Shown here: positions 18,014 to 26,281 of the stretch, piece after piece
Position numbering within the stretch: the stretch's first letter is position 1
How the letters are laid out: every line of letters begins with the position of its first letter
Virus record (IMG/VR): IMGVR_UViG_3300037756_000054
Span: 1 to 60,897 of that record
Length of the DNA stretch: 60,897 nt
From: a virus
Lineage: Duplodnaviria; Caudoviricetes
Reading direction: 5' to 3' (one strand)
Program-made: the position numbers and the translations under genes
Notes under the pieces: generated by a model
What the model was told of the DNA's origin: nothing
Database searches by the model: none
What the model saw: only the letters and a program-made list of their open reading frames with translations

Positions 18014-18253
18014 ATGACCGAGGAGATGAACGTGCTGACCGCAGCAACCAAGAAATACGAGCGGGCGAAGGAGCGCGCCGAAACCGCCAAACAAGAGGTC
18101 ATTGAGGCCGTTCTGGTCGCGTTGCGTGCCGGGGAGCGCCCTACGGACGTAGCCGAGCAGTCCCCATTCACTCCGGCGTACATCCGGCGAATCGCACGAG
18201 ACCACGGCATCGAACCAGCAGCGCCCGGGCCGAAGCCAAGCCGGGGGGCGTGA
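18014..18253 (+). CDS. small HTH regulator (probably leaderless)
   Basis: GERPTDVAEQSPFTPAYIRRIAR; TACAAT 6 nt before ATG. Confidence 0.75.
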   Translation: MTEEMNVLTAATKKYERAKERAETAKQEVIEAVLVALRAGERPTDVAEQSPFTPAYIRRIARDHGIEPAAPGPKPSRGA

Positions 18254-18726
18254 TGGAGCGAACTGCCCTTTACCGGTTCTTCGACGACTCGGACACCCTG
18301 CTCTATATCGGAATCACGAACGACACCGGAGTGCGATGGCTCTACCATGCGCGCCACAAAGCGTGGTGGAACGAAGTCGCCACCAAGACAGTGAGCTGGT
18401 ATGACACTCGTCTTGAAGCGGCGCACGCGGAGGCAACGGCGATCGTTGCGGAGTCGCCGAAGTACAACATCGTGATCCCAGACCCCGAGGGTCGCTACCC
18501 GTTCGCAGCTGGAGCAACGAGGAAGACCAGAGGTGAGACGCCAATTCGTAGCGTTGGAATTCCAGATGACATTTGGGATGGTCTCGCGGCGGCAGCGAAG
18601 ATCGGCAATACGACACGAGGAAAACTCGTCAACGAACTGGTGCGCTGGTACCTCGACGAATACGGGCCGACCCCGCCCATGCCGACCGTCCCGCATCTGC
18701 CGGTTCCGCCGCGCCCCAGCGAGTAG
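18250..18726 (+). CDS. GIY-YIG domain protein with C-terminal ribbon-helix-helix-like segment
   Basis: ALYRFFD...LLYIGIT...R...H...E; TPIRSVGIPDDIW...VNELVRWYL. Confidence 0.75.
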   Translation: MMERTALYRFFDDSDTLLYIGITNDTGVRWLYHARHKAWWNEVATKTVSWYDTRLEAAHAEATAIVAESPKYNIVIPDPEGRYPFAAGATRKTRGETPIRSVGIPDDIWDGLAAAAKIGNTTRGKLVNELVRWYLDEYGPTPPMPTVPHLPVPPRPSE

Positions 18727-18731
18727 CCCAG

Positions 18732-18806
18732 TACCGCTCCCGGGATTCGAACCCGGACTGAACTGACTTTTAAGGTCAGCGCTTCTACCTGTTGAGCGAC
18801 AGCGGT
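18732..18806 (-). tRNA. tRNA-Leu(UAA), short variable arm, no encoded CCA
   Basis: Cloverleaf: CTGAC-CTTAAAA-GTCAG anticodon arm; CCGGG-TTCGAAT-CCCGG; A73; one G:G mismatch in the acceptor. Confidence 0.85.
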
Positions 18807-18809
18807 TCA

Positions 18810-19616
18810 TCATTTCGAGGCCACCGCCGGTGCAGGACGAACGACGCCACGCAAGTGCTTCGAGAGAGCCGATATTGAATAGCCGTAGTCTTCTGCGATT
18901 ACTTTGAGCGTTTCTCCGGCGTATCTTCGGTCGCGGATCTCTTCGAGGTCGGCTTCGGTGAGTCGCCTCTTACCTCTGCACGTCGCAGTACCTACCGGTC
19001 GGTCGCCGCACCACACTCGTGATGGCTGTTCGCCCTCGTGCCATAGCGTGAGAAACCTGGCACGAGCCCGGTTCACAGCCTCCTTGAACGTGTTAAAGGG
19101 AATCCCTAGTGCCTGTGCGGCGGTGTGGCGATCACCCCATGTGGCAAGCGCCAGGAAGGCGCGTCTGTCGGTATCAAGGAGTTGCGGCCAGATTTGCCAT
19201 AGTGCTGTCCGCTCGACCACGCGCCGCTCGGGTGAGGGTGCCGCGCGAGCAGCATCATGGCCATACACCGAGAATTGTTTGGCGTTACCCCCTTCACGGG
19301 CGCATCCGTGCTGGCGCATATTGTCCTGCATAGCCTTGGTGACCTGCTGCCCCCCGGCGGCGATCAGGTCACTCATGTCCGGCCGTGTGACGGCAGAGTA
19401 GACGGCCTCTACTACACCAGACCACGCCGTTTCGTACCGCTGTAGGCGGTCCAGGTTTCGCCCCCCGAATGCTCTGGACGCTCCGATCCGGGCCGCCTTT
19501 TCAATGTCGGCGATGTTGTACCCCCATTTGATGGTGTGAACATCGGTGATGATTTCCACCGGTTCGATCTCGGGTGGCGCCTCATTGGGCAGGGCGTAGA
19601 ACGTTCGCCGAACCAT
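18810..19616 (-). CDS. sigma-factor-like/HTH transcription regulator
   Basis: Region-4-like HTAAQALGIPFNTFKEAVNRAR plus a second HTH TLKVIAEDYGYSISALSKHL; AAGGAG SD. Confidence 0.65.
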   Translation of the reverse strand: MVRRTFYALPNEAPPEIEPVEIITDVHTIKWGYNIADIEKAARIGASRAFGGRNLDRLQRYETAWSGVVEAVYSAVTRPDMSDLIAAGGQQVTKAMQDNMRQHGCAREGGNAKQFSVYGHDAARAAPSPERRVVERTALWQIWPQLLDTDRRAFLALATWGDRHTAAQALGIPFNTFKEAVNRARARFLTLWHEGEQPSRVWCGDRPVGTATCRGKRRLTEADLEEIRDRRYAGETLKVIAEDYGYSISALSKHLRGVVRPAPAVASK

Positions 19617-19620
19617 CGGT

Positions 19621-20787
19621 TTACTCCTTACCGATCGGGAAAACACCGGGGAATTCCAGGCACCAGTGCAGGGGTGGAATCTTTTCGGCGTTTTCGGGGC
19701 GGCCGGAGTACAACCACTCCCGGGTTTGGGTCTCGACTCTGGCGCGTTCGTCGGGTTGCGCGCACAGTTTGCGGGCCAGCTCGACAGCGTGGGTGCGGAT
19801 CTGCGCTTTGCCCAGCTTGGATTTGATCCCGGCTTGGACCATGCCTGCGGCTACCGCCAGGTCGGCGAGTGTGTGGGCCATCCAACTCTGATCGGTGTCC
19901 AGTTTCCAGGCGGCATAAATCTGGTACATCTCCGCTCCGGTAAACACCGGCGTCAGACCCTCGAACTCCTCTTTCCGATTGTGGGAGGCCAGGTAGCGGA
20001 TGGATTCCCAGTTGGTGATCCCGATCAGGGAATCCCTCACTTTCAACCGTTGACGCACGTCCGTGACGGCAGTGGGCGCCAGCAGGCTCAACGCGAGGTG
20101 ACACAGTTCAATCGCCCACGCGTTGATGTCGGCGCCGTGCACGCATCTCAATGCGAGGGTGGCGGCGTGGAGACGTTGCGCCGGGGTGACGGGTTGGGTG
20201 TCCCCGGATTCGTGTGCCCACGCCTCGGTGAGCTTGCCGGCCAGGTAGTTGACACTCGACAGTAGGAACACTCCGGACCCGACCGCGATGTCAGCGGTCT
20301 TCAACGCGGCGATGTCGGCGCTGGGTTTGAGCCGCCATATCGTTTTGTCGCCGGTCTGCAACGGACCCGGCTCGTACACCAACGGTTCTAGTGCACCCTC
20401 GGTGACTTGGTTGGCCAGGGACATTGGTGTGTAGAACGCCCCGGTACCGCCCTGGTCACCGCTGGGGGTGTCCCACAGTTCACCGGGTTCACAGCCGCCG
20501 TGAGGCTCTGCACACCAGTGGCGGCCAGCGAAATCGATACCTCCGGGGCGGTGAGCCAGGATCGCGATACCTTCGGCTATTGCTGACGCAATGTCGGTAG
20601 TGGTGGGGCGGTCGTCTTTGCGTTGAGCCCGATCGAATTTCGGGTTGGGCCACATGATCGCGTCACCACCGGGTGCGATGATCTCGGCCAGCACGGTGCC
20701 GCGGGCGACGCGTTGCGCGGTGGTGAGGTCGCATGCGGTGACATCGACTTGTTTGATGGCGTCGGCGATGGTTGCGGGGTCAGTCAT
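19621..20787 (-). CDS. truncated Eco57I/type IIG-like N6-adenine methyltransferase
   Basis: GAFYTP, DIAVGSGVFL, GADIN, DSL, HWCLEFPGVF, then stop; no NPPF/Y. Confidence 0.75.
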   Translation of the reverse strand: MTDPATIADAIKQVDVTACDLTTAQRVARGTVLAEIIAPGGDAIMWPNPKFDRAQRKDDRPTTTDIASAIAEGIAILAHRPGGIDFAGRHWCAEPHGGCEPGELWDTPSGDQGGTGAFYTPMSLANQVTEGALEPLVYEPGPLQTGDKTIWRLKPSADIAALKTADIAVGSGVFLLSSVNYLAGKLTEAWAHESGDTQPVTPAQRLHAATLALRCVHGADINAWAIELCHLALSLLAPTAVTDVRQRLKVRDSLIGITNWESIRYLASHNRKEEFEGLTPVFTGAEMYQIYAAWKLDTDQSWMAHTLADLAVAAGMVQAGIKSKLGKAQIRTHAVELARKLCAQPDERARVETQTREWLYSGRPENAEKIPPLHWCLEFPGVFPIGKE

Positions 20788-20959
20788 TGGAGACCTGCCC
20801 GGTCTTGTACGCGGCCTTGCAGCCGTTGCAGGAGTAGATCTCCATCCCGCGAACCGGAGGGCATTCGTTGAACAGATTCGCCCCGCAGCGGCAGTGGAAG
20901 GTTTCTCCGTTGACGGTGATGTTGGTCAGGATGCGGGGTTGCCGCGTTTGGTTACTCAC
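20780..20959 (-). CDS. small Zn-ribbon protein
   Basis: FHCRCGANLF...YSCNGC; GGAGG SD. Confidence 0.55.
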   Translation of the reverse strand: MSNQTRQPRILTNITVNGETFHCRCGANLFNECPPVRGMEIYSCNGCKAAYKTGQVSND

Positions 20960-21209
20960 TGGTTTCCTCCCTGATGTCCCAGCCGCACGCCTTGGCAACG
21001 GTCGGATAAATCTCGCCGATCCGGTCTGTCGGTACGCCATCGGCGAGCAGCGCTGCCACCTCCGCGACGGGCACCCTGGTGCCGGTGATGCACGGTTCCC
21101 CGCCCCGGATGTCAGGATCGACCGTGGTGTGTGCGGCCAGCTCGCTGGCATCTCGGCGGGGCACTAGGTGGATCGGGTTGGTCTGCGGTTCGGCCAGTGG
21201 TTTATGCAT
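20952..21209 (-). CDS. DUF433 domain protein
   Basis: DPDIRGGEPCITGTRVPV...LADG...I...YP. Confidence 0.8.
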   Translation of the reverse strand: MHKPLAEPQTNPIHLVPRRDASELAAHTTVDPDIRGGEPCITGTRVPVAEVAALLADGVPTDRIGEIYPTVAKACGWDIREETSE

Positions 21210-21399
21210 TGGTGTCCTCCCAGTTGATCGGCGCGGACCGCTGCACCTCGGCCTCGAAACCGTGCTGGCGCCACTTGGCGGCCATGACCTTCGCGCTCTC
21301 CAGGGTGAGGTACCGGCGGCGGTTCATCGGTGGCCCTCCGTCCAGGTGGTAGTCCGGGGCGTCGGTCACGTGGACTCGGTAGATGCGTTCAGTTCTCAT
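21202..21399 (-). CDS. hypothetical protein
   Basis: AAGGAG SD. Confidence 0.55.
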   Translation of the reverse strand: MRTERIYRVHVTDAPDYHLDGGPPMNRRRYLTLESAKVMAAKWRQHGFEAEVQRSAPINWEDTNA

Positions 21400-21440
21400 T
21401 GGTTTGCTCCTTGGTTATCGCGGTCATCACGGGGTACAGG

Positions 21441-21680
21441 TCAGACATCGTCGTCCTCCGTGCACGGCTGGTCGGGGAAGCAGTTCGTACCCGGGTCACA
21501 GCCGTCCCCGTGGTCCGGCGGGTCCACCTCGGCCTTGAGGTCATCGATCTCGGCTTGCAGCTCTTCGATCTTGTTGATAGCGGCGGTAACGGCCCCTTGC
21601 CTGAGGACGTTCGGCGCAAATGTGTTCTCGGTCAGCCAGTCAGCCAGCCGCTTGATCTGTTGCTCAGCAGTCTCAGTCAT
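21441..21680 (-). CDS. hypothetical protein ending in the duplicated Cys motif
   Basis: AGGAG SD. Confidence 0.6.
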   Translation of the reverse strand: MTETAEQQIKRLADWLTENTFAPNVLRQGAVTAAINKIEELQAEIDDLKAEVDPPDHGDGCDPGTNCFPDQPCTEDDDV

Positions 21681-21842
21681 TGGTTTCTCCTGTGGTGGTG
21701 GCCAGGGTTGGCCGTAGATGGTCGGGTGGCAGTGGCTGCCCGGTGGTGGTGCGGTGTTCGCACATGCGTTCCCATATGTCGGCCAGCACTAGATCGCAGA
21801 CCTGCGGCCAGGCGGCGGGGCCTCGGTGGTCGCGCCAGGTCG

Positions 21843-23153
21843 TCACTGGTCCTCGATTCCGATATCGACGATCCGACTGAACTGCAGTTGCGCGGCAGCG
21901 GTGACGGTCTCGATGGGGCCGTTACGGTTTTTGGCCACGATCAGATCGATCTCGCCGGCCCGCATGTGCTCAGGTTCGTGATAGTCGGGGCGGTGCAGCA
22001 GGATCACGACGTCACTGTCCTGCTCGATCGACCCGCTCTCACGAAGGTCGGCCAGTTGAGGCCTGCGGTCGGAGCGTTGCTCGGCCATCCGGTTCAACTG
22101 GGCTGCAGCCACCACGGGCACCTGCAGCTCCCGGGCGAGGATTTTCAGGCCACGGGAGATCGCGCCGACTTCCAGGGTCCGGTTGTCGGTGTTGCCCGCT
22201 GACCGCATCAGCTGCAGGTAGTCCACAACGATCAGGCCCAGCCCGATGTCCTGCTGGAGCTTGCGGGCGGTGGCACGGATCTGCGCCAGGTCGATGGACG
22301 CGGTGTCGTCAATGTGGATGTACACGCCGCGCAGTTTCTCGGCGGCCTCCCGCAGACGCGGGATCTCATAGTCCCGCAACGGGCCGTCGATGATCCGCTT
22401 CAAACTGACCCCAGCTTCAGCTGCCAACATCCGGCACTGAACTTCCCTGGACGACATCTCCAGGTTGAACAGCAAACTGGGTTCCAGTTGCCGGATCGAC
22501 GTGGCCCGGATGAAATCGTTGACCAGGACCGACTTGCCCATCCCCGGCCGCCCGGCGATCACGATCAGTTGCCCGGGTTTCAGGCCACCGATCACGTCAT
22601 CCAGAGACCCGACCCCGGTGGACAATCCCCGGTCGGGGCCATCGGGGGCGAACACTCCCTCCAGGGTCGAATCCAGAATCTCGGTAAACGAGACCATCGA
22701 GGACGCTTTGCGGGTTGTCGCGCCGTGGACTATCGACTGCACGTGATCGACAACCTCGGGCAGCTCGGTGCCAACGTTCCGTGCGGCTTGGATCGCTTTG
22801 GTGCAAACCTCGACAATGTTGCGGCGGGTCGACAACTCGGTGACCCGCTCGGCATACCAGCCGGCACTTGCGGCCACCGGCACCGAGGCGATCAGAGTGT
22901 GCAGGTATGGGGCGCCGATTTTGGGCAGGTCCCCGTCGGCGGCCAGCCTGTAGGCGATCGTCTGCGGGTCGACTGGTTCGCCCCGCCCAGCCTGGTCCCG
23001 GATCGCGGCGAACACGGTGGCGTGCTTGGGTGAGTAGAAATCCTGTGCCTGCAACACCTCCAGGCATTGCGTCGCCGCCGCCGGGGACAGGATCATGGCG
23101 CCCAGGACGATCTGTTCGATCTGCTCATCAGCCAGGGGGACGTATTCGTTCAC
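21843..23153 (-). CDS. dnaB: replicative DNA helicase
   Basis: AGRPGMGKS Walker A, VVDYLQL, AQLNR, DLRESGSIEQDSD, KNRNG. Confidence 0.96.
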   Translation of the reverse strand: MNEYVPLADEQIEQIVLGAMILSPAAATQCLEVLQAQDFYSPKHATVFAAIRDQAGRGEPVDPQTIAYRLAADGDLPKIGAPYLHTLIASVPVAASAGWYAERVTELSTRRNIVEVCTKAIQAARNVGTELPEVVDHVQSIVHGATTRKASSMVSFTEILDSTLEGVFAPDGPDRGLSTGVGSLDDVIGGLKPGQLIVIAGRPGMGKSVLVNDFIRATSIRQLEPSLLFNLEMSSREVQCRMLAAEAGVSLKRIIDGPLRDYEIPRLREAAEKLRGVYIHIDDTASIDLAQIRATARKLQQDIGLGLIVVDYLQLMRSAGNTDNRTLEVGAISRGLKILARELQVPVVAAAQLNRMAEQRSDRRPQLADLRESGSIEQDSDVVILLHRPDYHEPEHMRAGEIDLIVAKNRNGPIETVTAAAQLQFSRIVDIGIEDQ

Positions 23154-24016
23154 GGGGTGGCTCCTTCAAATTTGCATAGTCCGCACGTGGTCCGGCGTTT
23201 CCGGTGTTCGCATTTCTCGGCAGCCGGGATCAGATCCGGGGCATTCGAGGCGGGGGAGTCTGCTCGTCCTGTGGTGGTGCGTTGCGCGGCCAGCCGCAGC
23301 TGGTCGTACTTGGTGCGCAGCGTCGGCATCGACATGACGTTGCCGCGCCAGAAGTCGCTGGCCTGGCACCAGTCGATGGCTTTGAGGATCTGCTCCTCGG
23401 TCCGACCATCGGCGTCGATCATCAGCCGGGCGGCATCCCGCCACCGTTTCCCGATCACTGGGCGTTTGGAACCGTTGGCTGCGATCTTGTCTGCCAAATG
23501 TGTACAGACGCTTTCAACGTCGTCGCGAATCTCATTCGCGGACGAAGGTTCTTCTATAGGCTGGGTAGGGCTGGGTAGGGCTGGGGTAGAGCGAACAGAT
23601 TGCGAACTTCGCGCGAACTTCGCGGTAGGTTCGTCCGAAGTTCGCGTTTCGTTCGCGCGAACAGATTGCGAACGTTTTGCCTTGATCTCGCGGACCTTTT
23701 TCATCCGGTCGCGAGCCTCGGCGCGCTTCTCCAGCACCTCCGAACGTGACCGCTGGATCTGGTCCCATTCGTGGAACGACCAGCCCTTTTCTCCGTCCTG
23801 CTCGTCCTCCACCCACAGGCCGGCCCGCACCAGCGCTGCAGCGCTTTCACTGAAATTGGGGTCCATTTTGGCGGCGATGTAGTCCGGCACCCATCCATCT
23901 GAGAGGTGCTGTGCCGCCCATGAGCCCGCCAGAACCCACAAACCGAGGGCTGCAGCACCGGCGCGCGCGGCCTTCTTGTGGCTGTGGAAGCTGTCATCGA
24001 CCATGAACCACGGCAT
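23150..24016 (-). CDS. phage replication initiator
   Basis: MPWFMVDD...GLW...SDG N-terminus; FWRGNVMSMPTLRTKYDQL C-terminus; next to dnaB. Confidence 0.8.
   Translation of the reverse strand: MPWFMVDDSFHSHKKAARAGAAALGLWVLAGSWAAQHLSDGWVPDYIAAKMDPNFSESAAALVRAGLWVEDEQDGEKGWSFHEWDQIQRSRSEVLEKRAEARDRMKKVREIKAKRSQSVRANETRTSDEPTAKFARSSQSVRSTPALPSPTQPIEEPSSANEIRDDVESVCTHLADKIAANGSKRPVIGKRWRDAARLMIDADGRTEEQILKAIDWCQASDFWRGNVMSMPTLRTKYDQLRLAAQRTTTGRADSPASNAPDLIPAAEKCEHRKRRTTCGLCKFEGATP
23591..23673. repeat. iteron-like repeats (candidate origin)
   Basis: GCGAACAGATTGCGAAC x2 and GAACTTCGCG direct/inverted copies inside the initiator gene. Confidence 0.65.
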
Positions 24017-24468
24017 CAGTCGATCTCCCCGGACAGGTCGGTGATCTTTACGGTGACCACACACTCCGGGCCATAGACGTTCTTCGGCAAGACCTTGCCG
24101 ATGGTCACGTGCGGGCCGTCCAGGTACTGCGGGGTGTCGTCGGCGATCAGCCCATACCCGGGGGCATACACGAGCTCTCGGCGTCCGGAACGGTTCCGCC
24201 AGTACTTGATCTCCGGACCGAGTGCGTCCACGATCGGCTTAGCCGTGTCGTGGTAATTAGCCTCGTCACGGTGCCGATTGGTGGAGAACCTCAACGCCAC
24301 GTCGATTCGGACCCTGGCCAAGCCCTTCGGCAACCTGGCCGTCCGTGCGCATTGGAATGTCGTGCCCCGCCAGGCTTTGACGATCTGCGCCCGCCGGAAC
24401 CGGCTAGGCCCAGAGTTTTTCGACAACGGAACGGTCGGCGCCGGGATGTGCAGCACGTAGTCAGGCAC
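24016..24468 (-). CDS. RusA-like Holliday junction resolvase
   Basis: RDEANY...KPIVDAL...GLIADD. Confidence 0.75.
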   Translation of the reverse strand: MPDYVLHIPAPTVPLSKNSGPSRFRRAQIVKAWRGTTFQCARTARLPKGLARVRIDVALRFSTNRHRDEANYHDTAKPIVDALGPEIKYWRNRSGRRELVYAPGYGLIADDTPQYLDGPHVTIGKVLPKNVYGPECVVTVKITDLSGEID

Positions 24469-24617
24469 GGGTGGCCCCCGTGATCGGGTCGACGGCGGCC
24501 AGCGAGTCCAAGTACTCCCGCAGGTTCGCCAAGCGTTTCTCGGCCTGCTCGGCGTCGAACAGTCGGTTGTACAGCGCCGTCAATTCGTCATCAGTCAACT
24601 GGGAAACGGTTTTCCGG

Positions 24618-24815
24618 TCAGCCATGGCGCACTCCTTTGTGTCCTACATACCAGTACCGGCAGAAACCGCAGCGGTATTTACCCCAGCTGGAGCGCGGCT
24701 GCCCGTGGTGGTCGGCCGAATCGCGCGCCGCTTGTTTCGCGTCCTGCCGCGAGCGGTGCCGGACTTTCCCGTCGCACGACCGTGCCCGCGTCCAGTCGCT
24801 ATAGGTCTGAGTCAT
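24618..24815 (-). CDS. small Zn-finger protein
   Basis: CDGKVRH...YRCGFC..WYVGH. Confidence 0.6.
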   Translation of the reverse strand: MTQTYSDWTRARSCDGKVRHRSRQDAKQAARDSADHHGQPRSSWGKYRCGFCRYWYVGHKGVRHG

Positions 24816-25231
24816 GCCGCCACCTCCAGGTCGTGGACCTCATCGGTGGTGCCGTCGTTGTTCAACATGAGCCATTCCCCATCCGGGTATCTCTCATTGC
24901 AGATCCACACGGGATGTTCAGCGGGGAGCTGCACTCCATGTTTGACGAGTAGACCGAGCTCTATGGCCTCGGTGCGGTTGTCCTCTACCCAGCCATGGCA
25001 ACCCGTATCGCCACGCCCACACAGGACAACAAGGTTCCCGGGCGCGTTGATGTATTCGGCCCGGGAACCGCCAGCCCCACGCGGCAACCGGTGGTGGATA
25101 GACCAACGTTCGCCCCGGCCCTCCCACAGGTCCCGGTCGGTCACCTCTGAGCCGCAGCGGACACAGCAGCACCGGTCCCGGTCAATGACGAGCTGGACGG
25201 TGGCGTCGGTGGGGTCTGTTTTGCGGGTCAT
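24812..25231 (-). CDS. HNH endonuclease
   Basis: RDRCCCVRCG...IHHR...GG...NLVVLCG...CH. Confidence 0.85.
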   Translation of the reverse strand: MTRKTDPTDATVQLVIDRDRCCCVRCGSEVTDRDLWEGRGERWSIHHRLPRGAGGSRAEYINAPGNLVVLCGRGDTGCHGWVEDNRTEAIELGLLVKHGVQLPAEHPVWICNERYPDGEWLMLNNDGTTDEVHDLEVAA

Positions 25232-25587
25232 GCGCCAACCCCCGTCCCGGCGACCGAGTACATCGCGCGGACGCTGGCGCCCACCGATTGCAGTGCGCGG
25301 AGTTCGTTCTCCAGCGCTCGCGCGGTGCGGTCGGCGTATCGGTAGGACGCATCGGCAACATCACGCTTGGTGCGCTCGTCGGCCGTGGCCACCTCGGCGG
25401 CGTACCGCTTTTCGTGTGCGGGGCCGGAGTGCTTCAGGTATGCGTTGGCGTAGGCCAGCGCGTGAGCGTGATCGGCGGCCAGGAACGCCCGGTACCGCTT
25501 ATCGCACACCTTCACGCCGTCGCCGATCCGGTTGGACACCTCACGGATTCCGGACTCAACCTCAACCGGGTTCATCGGGTCATTCAT
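25228..25587 (-). CDS. hypothetical coiled-coil protein of the recombination module
   Basis: Helical; between ERF and HNH. Confidence 0.7.
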   Translation of the reverse strand: MNDPMNPVEVESGIREVSNRIGDGVKVCDKRYRAFLAADHAHALAYANAYLKHSGPAHEKRYAAEVATADERTKRDVADASYRYADRTARALENELRALQSVGASVRAMYSVAGTGVGA

Positions 25588-26281
25588 CGCGGTCTCCAGC
25601 CAGTTCCGGTTCCGGTGTAGCCGTCGCGATCAGCGCCCGACGCCGAGCGGTCTGTTTGGGGAGCTTGGCGGCGGCCTCACCCAAGCGGGTCACCATGGCG
25701 CCCAACGGCTCCTCGGCCCCGTCTTCGTTGACCACCAAGTCGTCCAGCAGGTCGTTCTGCTTGGCCAGGTTGTACGTGTTCAGCAGCCGTTCACGGTTCC
25801 GCTTGTGCCCGATCGCTTTCTTCGCCAGCTCCGGTGCGGTCCACGGCTCGGACCGGCGGTAGTCCTGCGCGGCCGGGTCCGGTTCTCCGGTGGGGATGCG
25901 CAGCAGCTGCAACAAAGCGGTCCGGTACGCCACACTCATGGCCTTGGGGGTCGCCTTGTCGCCGGAGTCCATCGCTTCGGCGGCGACACTGGCGAAGATT
26001 GAATCACCGCGCGGCCCGTAGACCCGATACCCGACTTGGACTTGCGCGATCCGGGTGGGAGTCCTTTTCGCTCCGATCTCCGTGGACTCGTAGGCGACCG
26101 CCTGCAACTCAGGGATCGGACCGATCACGCCGTGGTTTTTGAGCGCCACATCGGCGGCGATCGTGATCTCATCGACCCCGCGATACTTGTACCCCTGCTG
26201 GTGCGAAGTGTTCTTTCCAACAGGTTCAACGTCGGCGATGACGCTGGTCATCAACTCGAAAATGGTGGGTTGATCGTTCAC
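25580..26281 (-). CDS. ERF-family ssDNA annealing protein
   Basis: GYKYRGVD...GPRGD...AEAMDSGDKATPKAMSVAYRTALLQ. Confidence 0.85.
   Translation of the reverse strand: MNDQPTIFELMTSVIADVEPVGKNTSHQQGYKYRGVDEITIAADVALKNHGVIGPIPELQAVAYESTEIGAKRTPTRIAQVQVGYRVYGPRGDSIFASVAAEAMDSGDKATPKAMSVAYRTALLQLLRIPTGEPDPAAQDYRRSEPWTAPELAKKAIGHKRNRERLLNTYNLAKQNDLLDDLVVNEDGAEEPLGAMVTRLGEAAAKLPKQTARRRALIATATPEPELAGDRDE

Noticed and set aside
17908-18813. Long 370-aa - strand ORF (17701-18813)
   Set aside because: It runs across the tRNA, two + strand genes and a promoter; only 17701-17907 is credible.
24471-25862. Long + strand ORFs (also 10339-11364, 57194-58291, 59372-60661)
   Set aside because: Antisense shadows of real genes, as expected in GC-rich DNA; no motifs.
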